Assembly (NCBI GenBank): GCA_000320545.1
Contig: ADNK01003018.1
Location: forward strand, 15,119 to 79,118
DNA: 64,000 nt
Origin: Bigelowiella natans CCMP2755
Lineage: Eukaryota; Protista; Cercozoa
Direction of reading: 5' to 3'
Position 1 is the stretch's first letter. Each line of letters starts with the position of its first letter. Positions 14,304-28,706 of the stretch are shown in pieces. Made by a program: the position numbers and the translations under genes. The notes under the pieces are model-generated. The model worked only from the letters and a program-made list of their open reading frames with translations. It had not been told where the DNA came from and made no database searches.

Positions 14304-17040
14304 GTATATCTACTATGATTCCAAGTGTTGTTGAGCGCCCTGGTATGTAGTTTGTAGAGTACAAACAGCAGCACCAATGAAAAACTACCGACTGTGCTAA
14401 TTTCAGTGCATTCTCTCTCTCTCTCTAACGCTCCTTCCCAAGGATATGAATCGAGCTAGACTCTCGCAGTGATGGATATGTAGAATAAAGTCATCATCAT
14501 TTACTTTGTGGCGAAGGGATGTCAAAATGAACATTTCTCCAAATATCTGATTCACCTGATGATACAATATGGTCATGGAACATCAAAGAATAAACACAAA
14601 TTCCAAGGAAGGTGAGGCCAAGCAATTGTGATATGGGAGAGGAATATATCCATATTCTGAACGCGCACAACATACTACGGACATAGCACACATTTGTTCA
14701 AATAGCAAAAACACAAACCATTGAAAAAATGATGAAGAAGCAAAGATGACATGTCCTACCCATTAGTAAGTACAAATGAAGGAAATAATCACATCGTACA
14801 ATCAATACACCCACCCTTTTAAGATCATCGATGCCTTTCTTTTCCATGATTTTGATGACAAGTCCTTGCCCGCCACTGACTCGTCGCGCAAACTACCAAC
14901 ATGACGCGTTATCGTTAGATATCAACCCCCATCCATGAATCATCTATCGTGTGTATTATCAGATTGGTATCTACATCATCATCGACTAATTGCTGGAGGT
15001 AGTGGTATGGTAGAATATACAATAACAGATTGAGTACTACCTTTACTTTTCCAAATGCTCCTTCCCCAATAGTTCTTCCGACGTTGTACCCTTTCACGTG
15101 AATTCTTGGAGATGATACTCGGCGGGCACTACTACTTTTGATGATCAGCAATAATAATGGAGATGGAAAAGAAGAAGGACAGGGAAAAATAAAAAGTAGT
15201 TGAAGTGAATGATGAAAGACAGACCATGATAGTGTATGATACGACATCAACAACAATTACTAAGACACATTTTTATAATGCTGGCAACTGGAATAGGTAT
15301 CTCTGAATCATCATCATCATCGTATTCCCCAAAATAATCCTTGATCTTCCTTCTATATCTTACGTATTCTTGATCTCTCCTCGCTCTCTTTTCGACGTTG
15401 AATACACGGAGGTAAGCAAGGATCTTAAAATAAGCAGAGCAGCAGCAGCAGCAGCAGCAGGAGGAGGAGGAGGAGTAGCAGACACGGAGCGAGAATGATG
15501 AGCTCAGTTGGATCATCATCAATTGTCACCACAAAAGAAGGGCATAATTTAGTTTGAGGTAAATCATCCTTCATTTAGCATAGTCAAAGCCAGAGGAATA
15601 AAATTTAGGAGGAGGAGGAGGAGGAGGAGGAGGAGGAAAGATATATGGCAGAGAGAAGAAGGGAGAAACAGAGAGAGACAGAGAGACAGAGAGAGAGATA
15701 GTTGCTATGACAGAGAGAGACAGAGAGACAGAGAGAGATAGTTGCTATGACTTTGGTTGATCCTGTTGATCCTGCGAGCACCCCGTTGATGGTATTGTTG
15801 TTGTCCTACTACTACTCAAAGTGCTACTCCTCCTCCGTGTTCCACGTGTAGATGATGATGATGGCCTTGGAGAAGGCTGCTGCGTTGTGGAGACCGTAGT
15901 ACCAGTAGTAGTAGTAGTAGCAGTACCAGTAGCAGTAGCACCGGCAGTGGTCGCAGCATTGATCGTACTACTACTACTACTACTACTAGTAGTAGTAGTA
16001 GTGATGGCAGTAGTACCAACAGCAGCTACGCTACTACCAGATCGTATTGCTGCTTCTGCTGTCCCTGAATCAAGTTCTTTTGATGATGAAAAAGTTTTCT
16101 CACCAAGAGTCCGAACAGATCGAGGAGATGGAGTATGTGGTAACATTGGTTCCGCCTAAGTGTCATTAAGAGATATTCAATAATGTGCTAACATTGAGAC
16201 ATGCAAAAACTCACGGAGTTACATCATTATATATCATCTTGGTTTTAACACCTTCACTCCCCGCAGTATTGAGCCTGACAACGGACGCAACAGATCTATG
16301 CTGCTTATGCATCCTGAAGACCGTACTTTTGTTATGCCTGACGCTGGTGTTTCAACAAGAAGATGATGATCTCTCGGCTGCGATTTGTTAATTCTCGGAA
16401 GCTCAAATGGAGAAGCGCTGTATATTCAAACAAGTCACATGAAGAAATCGCATGTAAGCTATGTATTCGGCCTCATTATATATTATAGATATTTTGTTCT
16501 TTGGGAACAAATTGTTTGAAGACCATTCGTGACTGTAAGCTACAGATTTGTTGTTAAAATTGTACGTAAATCTACATACATACTCTCCCTCTTTCACACA
16601 CACACACACGCACGCACACACATAAACATAAACATCTCCGTGGAAATAAACTTACAATTTATGAGTCGCAGTTTACAACATAATATCTAGCTATATAAAT
16701 ACACGTATATTGTTGTTTTTGTTGTGATAATTTATATGTGTTTACGTTCGAGACGAATTCCGATAGTGCTGATCCCTTCGATGGCTCATGTCTCTTCTGA
16801 GCTTTAGATAGATATATTGAAAAAAAAGAATTAAAAAGATGTTTGATGAGAAGCTGCTATTCACATCGAAATGTAGAGCCCACACATAATTTTCGAAGCG
16901 GTACGTAATAATGCTACTCGAGATAGAAAGAGATTTCATCAACAACCTCCTATTTTCCGGATCCTTCTCCTTTTGTTTGTTCTTCTTCTTAATCTAGTCT
17001 TTTGTTTTCCTGCTGCTGCTTTGTGAGAAGCAGAAGCCAT
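10145..17040 (-). CDS. CAMK-group Ser/Thr kinase (SNF1/AMPK/MARK-like), multi-exon, long low-complexity N-terminus; 3' end approximate
   Basis: Exons read YNVGRTIGEGAFGKVK (~15040-15090), LVIKIMEK (~14850), NVIQLYDV (~14160), VMEYAEGGEL (~13890), VIHRDLKLENILLD (~13090), NIKIVDFGLSERLLGDAKLESVCGTPLYMSPELMRGQKYDGSTDVWSLG (12762-12911), VVLYAMVCGFLPF (~12630). Likely ATG at 17040 (MASASHKAAAGKQKTRLRRR). Confidence 0.9.
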
Positions 17041-17623
17041 TCACAAAGAAACGAGGCTTTACACAAAGCCACCAATTATGAGTCACTACACCACAGGAGG
17101 GGCGAATAACATTAGAAAGATGTTTGCTTTTCTTATATTCAGATATAAATTAGACCGTCACCAAAGTAAATGGAAAAGCGTAATTGAAGCAGAATGTTGA
17201 AATATGTGTTGTCGTATGATGAAATATCCCTATCTTCTCAACACATAGCTGTTCATAATCGATGAGTTATTGAGTGAGTAGATCCAAGGTGTCATGTGAG
17301 GCAACGTTACGCAGCTGCTTTGACAGTTACGACAGCTGCAGGAATAGGAAGAAATGGGATGAAAATCAATCCTACGACAAGACCAATAATTCCTGTTCAA
17401 AGAAATGACTTGGAAATCAATGCTGCGACAAGACCAATGATTCCTACTTTTAAGACAAAAAAACAAAGAAAAACAAGTGGTCAATTCATTCAGGTAGCCG
17501 AGGCGACGGGATGGATGCACACACACACACACACACACACACACACCACAACGAGAGGATAGAGAGAGAGCTGTCCTCCCTTCCCCTCCTCCAGGCACGA
17601 TTCAATTATGCCGATTATGCCCT

Positions 17624-18255
17624 ATGCCCGCCCTTATGCATGCGTCACTGTTTTTTTCAGTGGAATTGGAAGATGTAAAAAGTAACCTGATAACATTGCA
17701 GATAGATGTTCCTGCGGACCCTGCAGAAAAAGCTAGCCGGCTCTCTGGCTTTAAGACGCCCGGGCCAAAACCTTCGTGTTGTCAGATGCATCCCAAAGTT
17801 GCGCCTGTTCAACGAAAAAAAACTGGACCAGGACACTACGGCAGCGAAGTCACTGGTAGCTAATAACATATTTCGCATCCTATTACACATGATATGAGCG
17901 CAATTACTAATTCCAGCCAGAGCACGTAGAACTCGATACACGGAGGAAAAAGGCACTATGGAGGTGTAGGCAGAGAGGATGGGTTGAGATAGATTTGCTA
18001 ATGGGTAACTGGGCATCAGAGGCTATACCGCGCATGAGCTCCGAAGAACTCGATCAACTTGAAGTCATCATTGCTCAGGTGTATGATAGTAATCATCAGC
18101 GAAGAAAGCAGATAGTGGGGACATCTTTGAAAACTACGAAACGATAGTAAATTAATGGTCTGCCTCTGGAACAAAGATGAAAGAAAGAAATACTGTTGTA
18201 TGGTGGATACTTCCTTCGCTATTCAAAAAGGGAGGGTATTGAATACAGAAGCACA

Positions 18256-18294
<39 letters not shown>

Positions 18295-18535
18295 ATCACA
18301 GGAGAATCCAAACCTTTTGAATTGGCTCCTTGGACATGACGATGTCCCAAAGGTGAATAGGAAAGGAAAAGGGGCCGCTACAATTTTTCAATACAATAGT
18401 AGTGGTTGAGGTGGTAGAAGAAGCTAAAATAATCAGTTATTTTTCTATCAGGAACTTGATAATGAAGTCATGAGATCCATGAAAAAATTCGTGACGGATG
18501 GAAGCAAAGACTGGACTGTTGGCGGCAATCAATAA
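17624..18535 (+). CDS. SDHAF2: Succinate dehydrogenase assembly factor 2 (Sdh5/SdhE flavinylation factor), 4 coding exons; start uncertain
   Basis: Spliced sequence RRKKALWRCRQRGWVEIDLLMGNWASEAIPRMSSEELDQLEVIIAQ / ENPNLLNWLLGHDDVPK / ELDNEVMRSMKKF...* contains the RGxxE-x-D signature of the Sdh5/SdhE family; TAA at 18533-18535. Confidence 0.88.
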
Positions 18536-18589
18536 TAGATCTATGCGAGTACGTAGGTAAAACCATATCATCATTTATCCTAATTATAC

Positions 18590-19400
18590 AAGATGGATGC
18601 GCATGCTACTACCGTGCAGAAGTTAACTCGAATAACACGTACCATTTCCCCCCTTATCCCTTCTTTCACTTTCAGTAACATCCACTGCTACCGTGCTAGC
18701 GTGGTTCCAATAGTCGCCACTCCTTGTGCATGCACAAATCCAAAACATGATTAAGCAACTGCGCATCGCACGCTCGCTCCCTGTATTGGTCATGCATGCC
18801 ATGTGTTTTACTAATATTATGCACTGCGAGATGTGTCACAACTGCAGTCTCTCATCTGATCCGCTCGTGGATGGAAGGTTGAATAGGAGCAGCAACTTCG
18901 CGCAAAGAATCGAACGATTTTCAAACAACGCGCTTGCCTGCGGATCGTGCTTGTGCTAGCATAACGCATCGCATTAGCAAGAGCATGCATGCACGCGAAG
19001 CTGCAGTGCTGCAGTACATTACATCGCTGCGTGCATGCTAGCATGCTGCGAACAATGCGAAGATCGTCCTGCTATGTACAGTTGTGCGACACGAGCGTAT
19101 AGCTTTATGATAGACACAGTATAACGCCAGGAATTCCTGTCAATATTATAATTCTTTGACGCCAATGTTGCACATCTGTACATGCATACCTAGCTAGCTA
19201 GACGTACATTCTAGTGCACGATTTGGTAGATCAAGTGGACATAGGCTGGCGGGACAAGTGACGAGATCTCTCAACCTTTCGTCTGCTTGTGATCATCCGC
19301 TCAACAACCTACCTCATCATCCTTGAATAACTCGATCTAGTTTCCACCACATGATGATCATGTGTGCAAATGATCTCAAATGCATGCAAAACTTACACAT
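18590..19400. other. Palindrome-rich intergenic block B between convergent 3' ends
   Basis: gagcatgcatgcacgcg, gtgcatgctagcatgctgcg, cctagctagctagacgtac; lies between the SDHAF2 stop (18535) and the glycosyltransferase stop (19530). Confidence 0.7.
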
Positions 19401-19529
19401 TTGCACTAATTTAATTTAATAATCAAGACACTTGACATGTATCAATTTAATCTCTAACTTTAGTTTCTGAAGTGTCACTTGTCTAAATGTTGTTTTTTTA
19501 ACTCCAGCTTTACAATTAGCATCCATTTG

Positions 19530-22402
19530 CTAGCAAAGGAATTGTGTAGGTGTTAATACGCTTTCAGGGTTATCCCAACCCGCGGGCTCTTCATTTGCAC
19601 AACAATTTCCTGGACTTGGGTTGACCAAGGTAAGAAGACCGTTTACATTGTGTAGGTACTTCTTATGCATTTCGATGTTCCATTTAAGTTCATGCTCCAT
19701 GTAATACTGATATGCCCTCCAAGGCTCCTTCACAAAACGACCTACTTGAACAATCCCGTAGTGCAACATGTCATGATATCCAGAGTTGTGCCCGTAAGTC
19801 CAGCCCGTGAAGTGGAATGTTGCGTTTTTATTGAGGAAAAACTGAACTGTTGAGGATTGTAAGATGAGATCATTCCATCGATTGGTGAATATCTTGCCAG
19901 ATTCATCCACATAATTCAGAAAATTTTGAACGTCAGGCTGCAAGAATCTCTCAATATCAGCTACAAAGAAATTGTTGTAGAAACCGAACTGCTCTCCACA
20001 GTTCTCCCGTGTTAAATCATCTACACTTTCCTTGCTTTCACACAAATCAAGATACCATCCAGTTGTTCCTTCCATATGCTTTTTACTATAATTTCTTAAG
20101 TACGCCGAGTAGTCATCAGGCTTAGGCCATATAAGACCCGTCTCTCTCGCTATGTTACGATAACCATAGCCTATTCCATAATGTTCCATGAAGCCGAAGA
20201 GGTTGTAAGGAATCTCGCTAAGTAAGTAGGAGTCATCATCGAAACGAGAGACCCATCTGTATCCTAGTTTTTTCATCATAGGCCATATTCGAACAGCATA
20301 CAGTCTCATCATTTTCCTGTATCCCATGCCTTCTACACCTGCCCAGTGTTTTCGAGATTCCATGACTTTAGCAGGAGGATCCTTCCAATCTTCACCCTTC
20401 AAATGGTGGAACTTGATCTCAGGACGCCCAGCGATAACAGCTTTCTGAGCTTCGGCATCAAAATCTCCCTCGTGCATAACGATGACATCATCGTGTTCAC
20501 GATCATTATAGTGTTTGAACAACAGTCGCAAAGTATTATTGAGAATCTCCATTCCTGGTCGTCCGTAAGTTTGATGTTTTTTATTTTGTGCTAATATCAC
20601 AAATGCTCCTTTTCCTACAAAAATAATAAATAAGAATATACAAGTACGTAAGAAGAGAATGGAGGAGGACAACAACATAATTATAACAAACTAGGATGAC
20701 TACTACGCATATCATATTAATAAATAGAGTAGAATCTAGCACCTGTTTTAGGTTTTCCGATTTTCAACTTCTTCGCTTCTGCCTCTTTTGCAAACTCCGC
20801 GTTGACATGAGGACAGCACGTAGTGTCCCCAAGTTTGCCCCCACCGTAGTCTGGAAGCGGATCCGTATTACTACATTTGCCCTCTGATGTGGCCAGACTG
20901 TAGGTGTTGGGATCTGCGAATAACATCTTTCTCTTCTCGTCGGCTGATTCTAGATCTGTTATCTCACCATAAGCAGGCAATTCAGGGAAGTCACCACTGC
21001 GGAAGTACACACCGAACTCTGATACCGCAGACCAACACTTGACAAGGCTGTCTGTTTGAGCTAGCATGAGAGAATCCATCAATACATCTTGGCACTTCTG
21101 ATCTTTGGATACAGAATCATTGTAGAGAACGTTCGCATCCTGTCTGTTTGCCTCCAGCACTCCTGTATTATTCAAATATAAGTCACACAATCACGCATCA
21201 TCAGTTTCTATCTCACCGCTACTGATTACTACTACTACTAATACTAATACTTCACAAGGCGTTGAATGAATTTATATTTCTTGTAGAAATTACCAAGGAC
21301 ATCAGGGAATTCTTGCTTCATATCAGAGAGGTAGTTCTTATCATCTGTCGCTAAGAAGACTCTTGAATTCGGGCCGTTGAGCTGAACGTGTTCAGTGGCA
21401 AGTCTAATGTATGATTCAGGGTCTACACGGCCATGCACAAATTTATCCGTTCCACGCATGTGGAGACCAAGAATGGGCTTATTTACTTCTCTATTAAACA
21501 ACTGTGAGTACTTTGACTTAGCCATGTCAAGGAAAGATTTCTTGGCGTGAATGTATTCTTTGACGATCTTTGTTGCCTTCTTGCGGTTGTTATCCAGCCA
21601 CGTGTTTCCACATTCCCATTCACTATCACCAGGATATGGATATGCATGTGTAGCGTTTTTGTCATAGAAGGAGCTCATCAAGGAGTCTTGTGTGAGTTCC
21701 CATACATCCGCATCTTTGACACTTTTAGGATCAACACTAGAGATTGGTTCGAAGTATTTATGCCAGAAATCAGCAGAACTCTGTCCACCCTTAGCCGTAT
21801 CGTTGATGCATGAGTGATAGTGATGAGACTCGGGCATGTAAACAAATGGTGCCTTATCTCCAATTAGGCCCTCCCTCACAGCAAATTCGAGTTGATTGAG
21901 CACCATGTACGGGAACGTGAAGAACCCGCAACCCATCATAAACTTATAGTTGGCTCTGATACGAAAATGCTTGCTCCTGAGCATAGGCCTTAGCTTGTCA
22001 AGGTTCGACCCTACCTTAGTGCTTTCAAATCCTTTGAAACTGAAGTTAAAAGCTTGTGTATCTGCGACATCTAGGCTGTAGCAGTCTCCGGAGGCTTGGC
22101 ATGGTGCCTTAAAATCACAAGATTCTTGTGTTACCATGTCTGCAAGGCCACATTCACCAATACTTCGGCATCCTTTTGAATTGCACACTTTCGTTGGATC
22201 TTCCTTCTCAAAGAGACGTGGAGTAATAGAATATTGCTTGTATTCACGGGTGTCGAAAAGCCACGCCTTCATCATGAAGTTGTTGTACCTTAATAAGTGA
22301 TTTTAGGTTAGACGTAAGTCGAAGGGGCCGCTACATTGATTATTTAATCAGACGAATGACGACGACTGTGCTTCTCTCCATGCAGGAAGAATGCCATTAT
22401 TC

Positions 22403-22435
<33 letters not shown>

Positions 22436-23816
22436 CCTACTCATTAATGTGACAATTGATGAAGATCATATACCTTATCGGCCTGTTGAATAGCGCAACA
22501 GCAGCTCGAGCACCTTCACGACTTAGTAGGTAAGCGTGGGAACATAGCTGATTCTGAGCCTCTACCAACTTATCTTCGCTACCGAGATCCTTCTGCGAAA
22601 CGATGATGATAAACGATGACACCAACACTTGTTAGTCAATGTTCGAATGCATGAGGCGACAACAACACTTAGAAATGGAAGTACTAATAGCAGCAATGAG
22701 AGACAATAATTACACCAAATGCGGTATGTGCTTTGCTGTTCAGAAGACAGCAGTAGCTGCAAATCGTATCGTACCGTAACGTTCTGTCTGAAGCACTCAG
22801 ACATGCATCTGCCAAGATTGATCTCATGGAAATCTTTCGGAGCTGCATCAATCAATTGCTCTAGCTTTGCCATCAATCCTCCGTCTTTGATGCTCTTCTG
22901 TCCATGCGAGGAAAGTTTGATACCATCTTCCAGTACGAGTGCGTATTCTGAGAAAGTAGTTGTCGCATGTTCGGACAAACACCAAAAATGAGTACGGCAG
23001 ACATTCGCTACTCTCAACTATCGTATGTCTTATCACATCAACAGCAGGTTCTCTTCTAACATGAAGAAGTGTGAAATCAATTTTGACCTGAGGTAGAAGC
23101 TAAAAATCTCTGCAGGCCTTCAGCGTGAACTTTCGTCAAAGCTACGTGTGCTGCCATTGCTTTTTTACTTTTCGGGTCTTTGTAGTTTTTGCTCACCTGT
23201 TACACAATGATGACATAAATGATTCAGGTTGAAAGCAGTAAGGTTGTGTGTATTTTCCACTCCCTAGACGTGTGCAAGAAATTTTCAGAAGGTGCTACGT
23301 GGCCATCTCATTACCAGGCCAGTGAATTTAAGATCGTCATTATCAATCGAGTTCGACTGATACTCGCGGAAAGCGCCTGTCACTCCGTAACCTAGATCTT
23401 GATTTTTTCCTGGACCCTTATCTACCACAGCAATGCTGGCGAAGAAGTCTGAAATATCGATCTTTTTGCCTTGGCCCTTAATAGATATCACCGAGAAGCT
23501 GTGTTTTTTCGGTGAACCCATCACAAAGCTGAGCAAATAAAGATGATACAAAGAGTTAGGAATGTAACAGGACTTAATCTTAGATTATGTGCTAAACTTT
23601 ATGATCTCAAATGATAAAGTACGGAGCCACTTTAAGGTATGACAACGACCTTGGATGGTTTCCCGTATCTCTGTCAGCTTTCAACTCGCTGTAATCAATT
23701 GAGAATGAAACATTGACACCCTCCATAGAGCCGTAAGTATTATCCAATTGATACACATGCTTGTGCATCAGCCCACTGGAGGGCAAAGCCCAAAGCAGGA
23801 TGAGGGAGAGAAGCAT
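19530..23816 (-). CDS. Signal-peptide-bearing three-domain glycosyltransferase: GT25-like + NodZ/GT23-like fucosyltransferase + GT15 (Kre2/Mnt1-like) mannosyltransferase, 8 exons, 1102 aa
   Basis: Exons 23816-23623, 23528-23315, 23196-23088, 22947-22775, 22592-22474, 22288-21294, 21162-20743, 20614-19530; all GT-AG with matching phases (3309 nt). Motifs: MLLSLILLWALPSSG (signal); YALVLEDG and CSHAYLLSREGA (GT25-like); LGLHMRGTDK, VFLATDD, DSLMLAQTD..SAVS (NodZ/FUT8-like); GYRKMMRLYA, RFDDDSY, FYNNFFVAD, IFTNRWND (GT15). Confidence 0.88.
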
Positions 23817-24262
23817 GTCGATCAAGTGTGGAAGCTCAACTATGATCACTATCGACCAGCTTTAAGATTCAAGTTTACGAACATGCTCGATATTTCTGCC
23901 TAAAATTATCCTTTTTTGCCACAAAATACTAGGCGCAGCAAGCGATTTTCACCCGTCTGTGCACATTTGAATATGCGACGTGGCGCATGGTCATCTTTTT
24001 CGTTGTTCTTTTTTTGTCAAAATCACCACAGCTTGCCACATTATTCTCTTGAATGGCCTGCGATTAGAAGTATCATCTTCTGATCATTAGCACATTTCTT
24101 TGGGTGGAAACACCTAATATTATTATATTGAATACCGGGTTTTGATCAGGGGCTCGATCTAGATGTTTGCGACGGCTTTCAGTATTTTCTGCAGTATAAG
24201 AAAAAAATATTAGGTAGAATCACCTTTGCTACTGTGGGTTAATACAGCCGAGGTTCTTCGCC

Positions 24263-26269
24263 ATGGGATTCATGATGTTATTGTTGGGCATTTATTGTTA
24301 TTTCACGATTAAACGACAGGGATTACCGGTAATAATCGTAAGAAGGATGAGAGACCCTGAGAGTTACTACAACAATCTCAGCAACAACTCCACAGAGGAT
24401 GTAGGAATTACTACTGAATTATGAGTTTCAGAACTTCTTTGGACGACCTCCCCTCCTCCTGCTTGCAGGGTGAGACGGAAGATGACAATGACAACAAGAA
24501 AGGATGGTAATATGATGAAAAGATAATGAACCATAAGGATGATCACAAGTATTAGTGCTTATCTTTATACTGTGTGGTATGAGGTGGTAAAGGTAAATAA
24601 CACCGAAAATCTGACAGCCTCATCATGTATTATTATTTCAGCCTGCTTCTTCTCGGAGCAAGTGCTCATGCGCTCTCCTCCTCCATCGTATACAAGCTCA
24701 TTCTAATCATCACAAAGAAAGGATGATGAACTCAAATATTCCGAAGGAAATATTCGCAACCACCCTCCGTCGTTTAATGGTTGGTCCTCCTTTGTAACAT
24801 TTTTATCGTAGTAGTAGCAGCAGCAGTAGCAGTAGTCCATGTTCGACAACTCAAGCCTCAACTTAACTCATATGTAGGTCGGACTCATCCTCGCCACGCT
24901 TATCCATCATTTGTCTTATCATTCAGGTTAGATTGATTATTACAATGATTTTAGCCACACAATTTTCACCACCATCCTGTCTATCTATCATCACCGTTTT
25001 ACTACATAATAATCAACGGGCCGGAAGGCCTAACTTTGCATGCAATGAATTTGTTCGGAACCGTTTGCACCTTCTTGATCAGTGATGGACTATAAGAAGA
25101 AGGACGAGGCGTTGGGCTGCTGCTGCAGCAAAAACAACGAATTGGATCATCTACAAAGACTAAGCAGAAGAACAAGTCGAAATGAAGCTCCTCCAATACT
25201 CTTTCTCCATAACCCCAAGTTCTTGCTGATGATCCATAATTTGAAGAGGTTATCTTTCATCCATATTACTACTACCTAGAAACACAATCCTAGTTCACAT
25301 TGACATAGCAGCAGCCAATTCTCTTCCTCTCTCTACACACACGCACGCAGAGAGAGAGGGGGGAGAGAGAGATCATCAGTAACATCACACAAAAGAGATA
25401 CAAAGTTTGATTGATAGATACATACAGTAATAAAGAGATGATCATTTTGATTTCGTGTATGGAAGATTCCAGAGAATAAGATTTTGATGATGATTCCCTA
25501 CTATACCACCTGAGTAGTCTGACTTCTTATGTTTGTGCTAATTATATATTTTATAGATTAAGAGCTGGTAGTGGTGGTGGTGGTGGTAGTCATGATAACA
25601 GTGAGGAGGAGGAGGAAGATCACATGAAGAATATACTCAATAATGATCCAAAAAATATGGAATTCTCAGACCCAAATCCCCCAAGGTATGTATCATTGTT
25701 TCACACATAATAGGTGTACACACAAAGCATACACACACTACTACCCGCACATAATTACGACGATGACAGGGTAAAGGAGGTGGAATGGGTGATGTTTGTA
25801 CAGGATAAAGGAGCTCGACTGGGTGACTCAAAAATTCAAACCTGACCCCAGACTGCCCACACCTTATATCAATGAGTTTCTCAGCGGTAGTAAGTAGTAG
25901 TAGTAGTAGTAGTAGTAGCTATTACACGTATGCTGTATCTGGAAGACATGACCACATTATTTTATCATAATCATCATCATTATCAACATCATCAACAACA
26001 AGAAGAAGAAGAAGAAGAAGAATTTGTCTGTTCGACTATCATCATTTTTATGCAAATGAAGATTAACGCAACCACGCAACACATCTCCACCAGTGATAAA
26101 TAGTAGGAATTGTTTATTCATTCCCTTCCCTAATGTTGTTATTATCACTCACTACGAATTGTTCATTGGAATATATTCATAATTCGAACAGATTCCGATG
26201 TGCCATTTAATTCTCCTTTTTCGCGACAAATCAGTCAAATACTTGACTTGGACCCCGGCCCTGCTGTGC

Positions 26270-26314
<45 letters not shown>

Positions 26315-26990
26315 GATATATAATTGACACGATGATTACTTCTGCATGTTGTATATGTAAAATAGTGTATTCAAGACTTCAGTAATAAACGAAAATTTTC
26401 ATTGAGGATTTATGATGTTCTCTGATAATGATGATGATGAAGCATATTAAGTATTTCAGTTAGCCATCATGTACGTGTTGTGTGTGTGTGTGTGTGTTAG
26501 TTTATGTGTGCGTGTTTGCGAGTGTGTGTGCGTGTTTGTGTTCGTGTTGTGTTGAATATCGTCATCATCATTATCATCATCACATCATCATCCATATATG
26601 TAATCAAACATTCATGTAAGTGTATATATGTTATGATGATGGATTAGCTTTTCTTGGTTCCAATCGATCAAACATTTTGTCTTGTTGTCGTTTATTACAT
26701 GATATCAGATGGAAAATTACGTGAGAATGCAACATCCTACTGTACCGATTCACTTGCACTACATTAAGAGATATCTACTCTCACTAGGTTGTCAATAAAA
26801 GTGAAGATGATAATGATGATGATGACGATGGTGATAGTATGATGTAACAACACGTAATGATGTTCTTTGGTCTTCTTGATGAACGTGAGAAGTAAGTAAG
26901 TGCTGCTGCTGCTGCCGCTGCTATTGCTGAAAGTTTAACATGATGATGATATGATGATGACCATCATCAGCGCCATCTCAACAACTTATA

Positions 26991-27036
<46 letters not shown>

Positions 27037-27186
27037 GTCAAACTCAGGATTTGACGAAGGCATACTTAACAACACGAAATCTTTGGACGTAAGGTTGTTC
27101 TCCCACCTATTTTTGTGCAAGTACTAGTTCATTGCTTATTTGCTGCTTTAGAGTTGTAGAAATAGAGCCCCCCCAGACACAACCAC

Positions 27187-27224
<38 letters not shown>

Positions 27225-27287
27225 GTGTGTGTATAAGTACGTATGCCTTATCGTTCTTAATTTGCTCTGTCGTTGCCCTCTTTCTTA

Positions 27288-27324
<37 letters not shown>

Positions 27325-28173
27325 ATTCATTTATCCCTCCCTCTTCTCGGTGCTGGTTTATGTCTCCTTCCCCCCGCCCCCCGTAGATACCCAGAGAGGC
27401 AAGGCAAACCGTGGGTGCCTGGGTGGGAGATTGAAGGATCTCACACACCAATAGTTCTCCAAATTGGTAAGTACAGGATGATGATGATGACAACGATTAT
27501 GATACACTATTAACAATAATAATAGTAAAAAGCAACGACCACGATGACGAATACGAGCACCTCAGCCTCCACCACCACCACCACGAAGAAGAAGAAGAAG
27601 AAGTTGTTGTTATCAACAACGACGATCATCCTCCTCCTGCTGCTGCTGCTACTACTACTACTACTACTTCTCAGATGATAGAATATTTCGTCATGAACCA
27701 GATGTCACTTGGGATGAGCGGTACTATATAATATACTATAAGTTGTAGTAGTAGTAGTAGTAGCAGCAGCAGCAGTAGGAAGATAATCGTTATCGTTTAT
27801 TAGAACAACAAATTCTTCTTCTTCTTCCAAGTGACGATTGAGTGCATGTGTAATATGGTTTATTTGATCAGTCAAAATAACTTACTGTACTTCCAAAATT
27901 TGTTTAGGATGAAAACATGCATGCATACACACACACACATACATACATACATACATACATACAAGTAGCCGCACAATGAATCAAACACAATGCTCCTTCT
28001 TCTCTACGTATTATCATCCTAAAGTGCTCTCTCCTCCTTATAATATAGATACGGCAAATGCTGCCTTATGATGGTTGATCTCGATGATTCTGAGGGGTAG
28101 GTTAGACAACAATGTATACCCATCATACGTCATTAATTGGGGACGATTTATTAACAATAACGTGGTAGTTGGG

Positions 28174-28208
<35 letters not shown>

Positions 28209-28671
28209 TATGTTATGTTTGGCTGCTTACTCACTTCTTCTCACGACAGAAGAATTATTGTCATCATAATCGTTATCATGTGTGTGTGTGTGTGTGTGTG
28301 TGCGGTGTATATATTCTCACCACTATCTTTTTATCTGAATAATATATTAAAAATAGTTGTCAGTAGTGAGTAGTGAGTCACCAGCCTTATCATGCTGATT
28401 CCTTTATGAAGATTACCATTTGTACTACTACTACTACTAGCAATTTGTTGTTTTTCATCTTCATCCCATCATGATTTCTACTTCATGCTGCTGCTAAATA
28501 TAGATTCGGTAGCACAAAGAGAAAGAGAAAAGCGAAGAAGAAAAACCATCATCATCGTCGTCATCGTCATCATAGTGATCGTCATCAGGATAAGGTTGGA
28601 ATATGGTTAGGGATAAAAGCAGAGTTAGGAGAATCATACTGGTTGTTGTTTAAATTATTGCTACTACTGCA

Positions 28672-28706
<35 letters not shown>

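Noticed and set aside
17361-17446. Two ~35-bp direct repeats resembling a mini-CRISPR
   Set aside because: Only two imperfect copies, eukaryotic context and no cas genes; a simple local duplication.
20717-23849. A cluster of separate glycosyltransferase genes
   Set aside because: All pieces join by phase-consistent GT-AG introns and only the first has a signal peptide, so a single gene is the better model.
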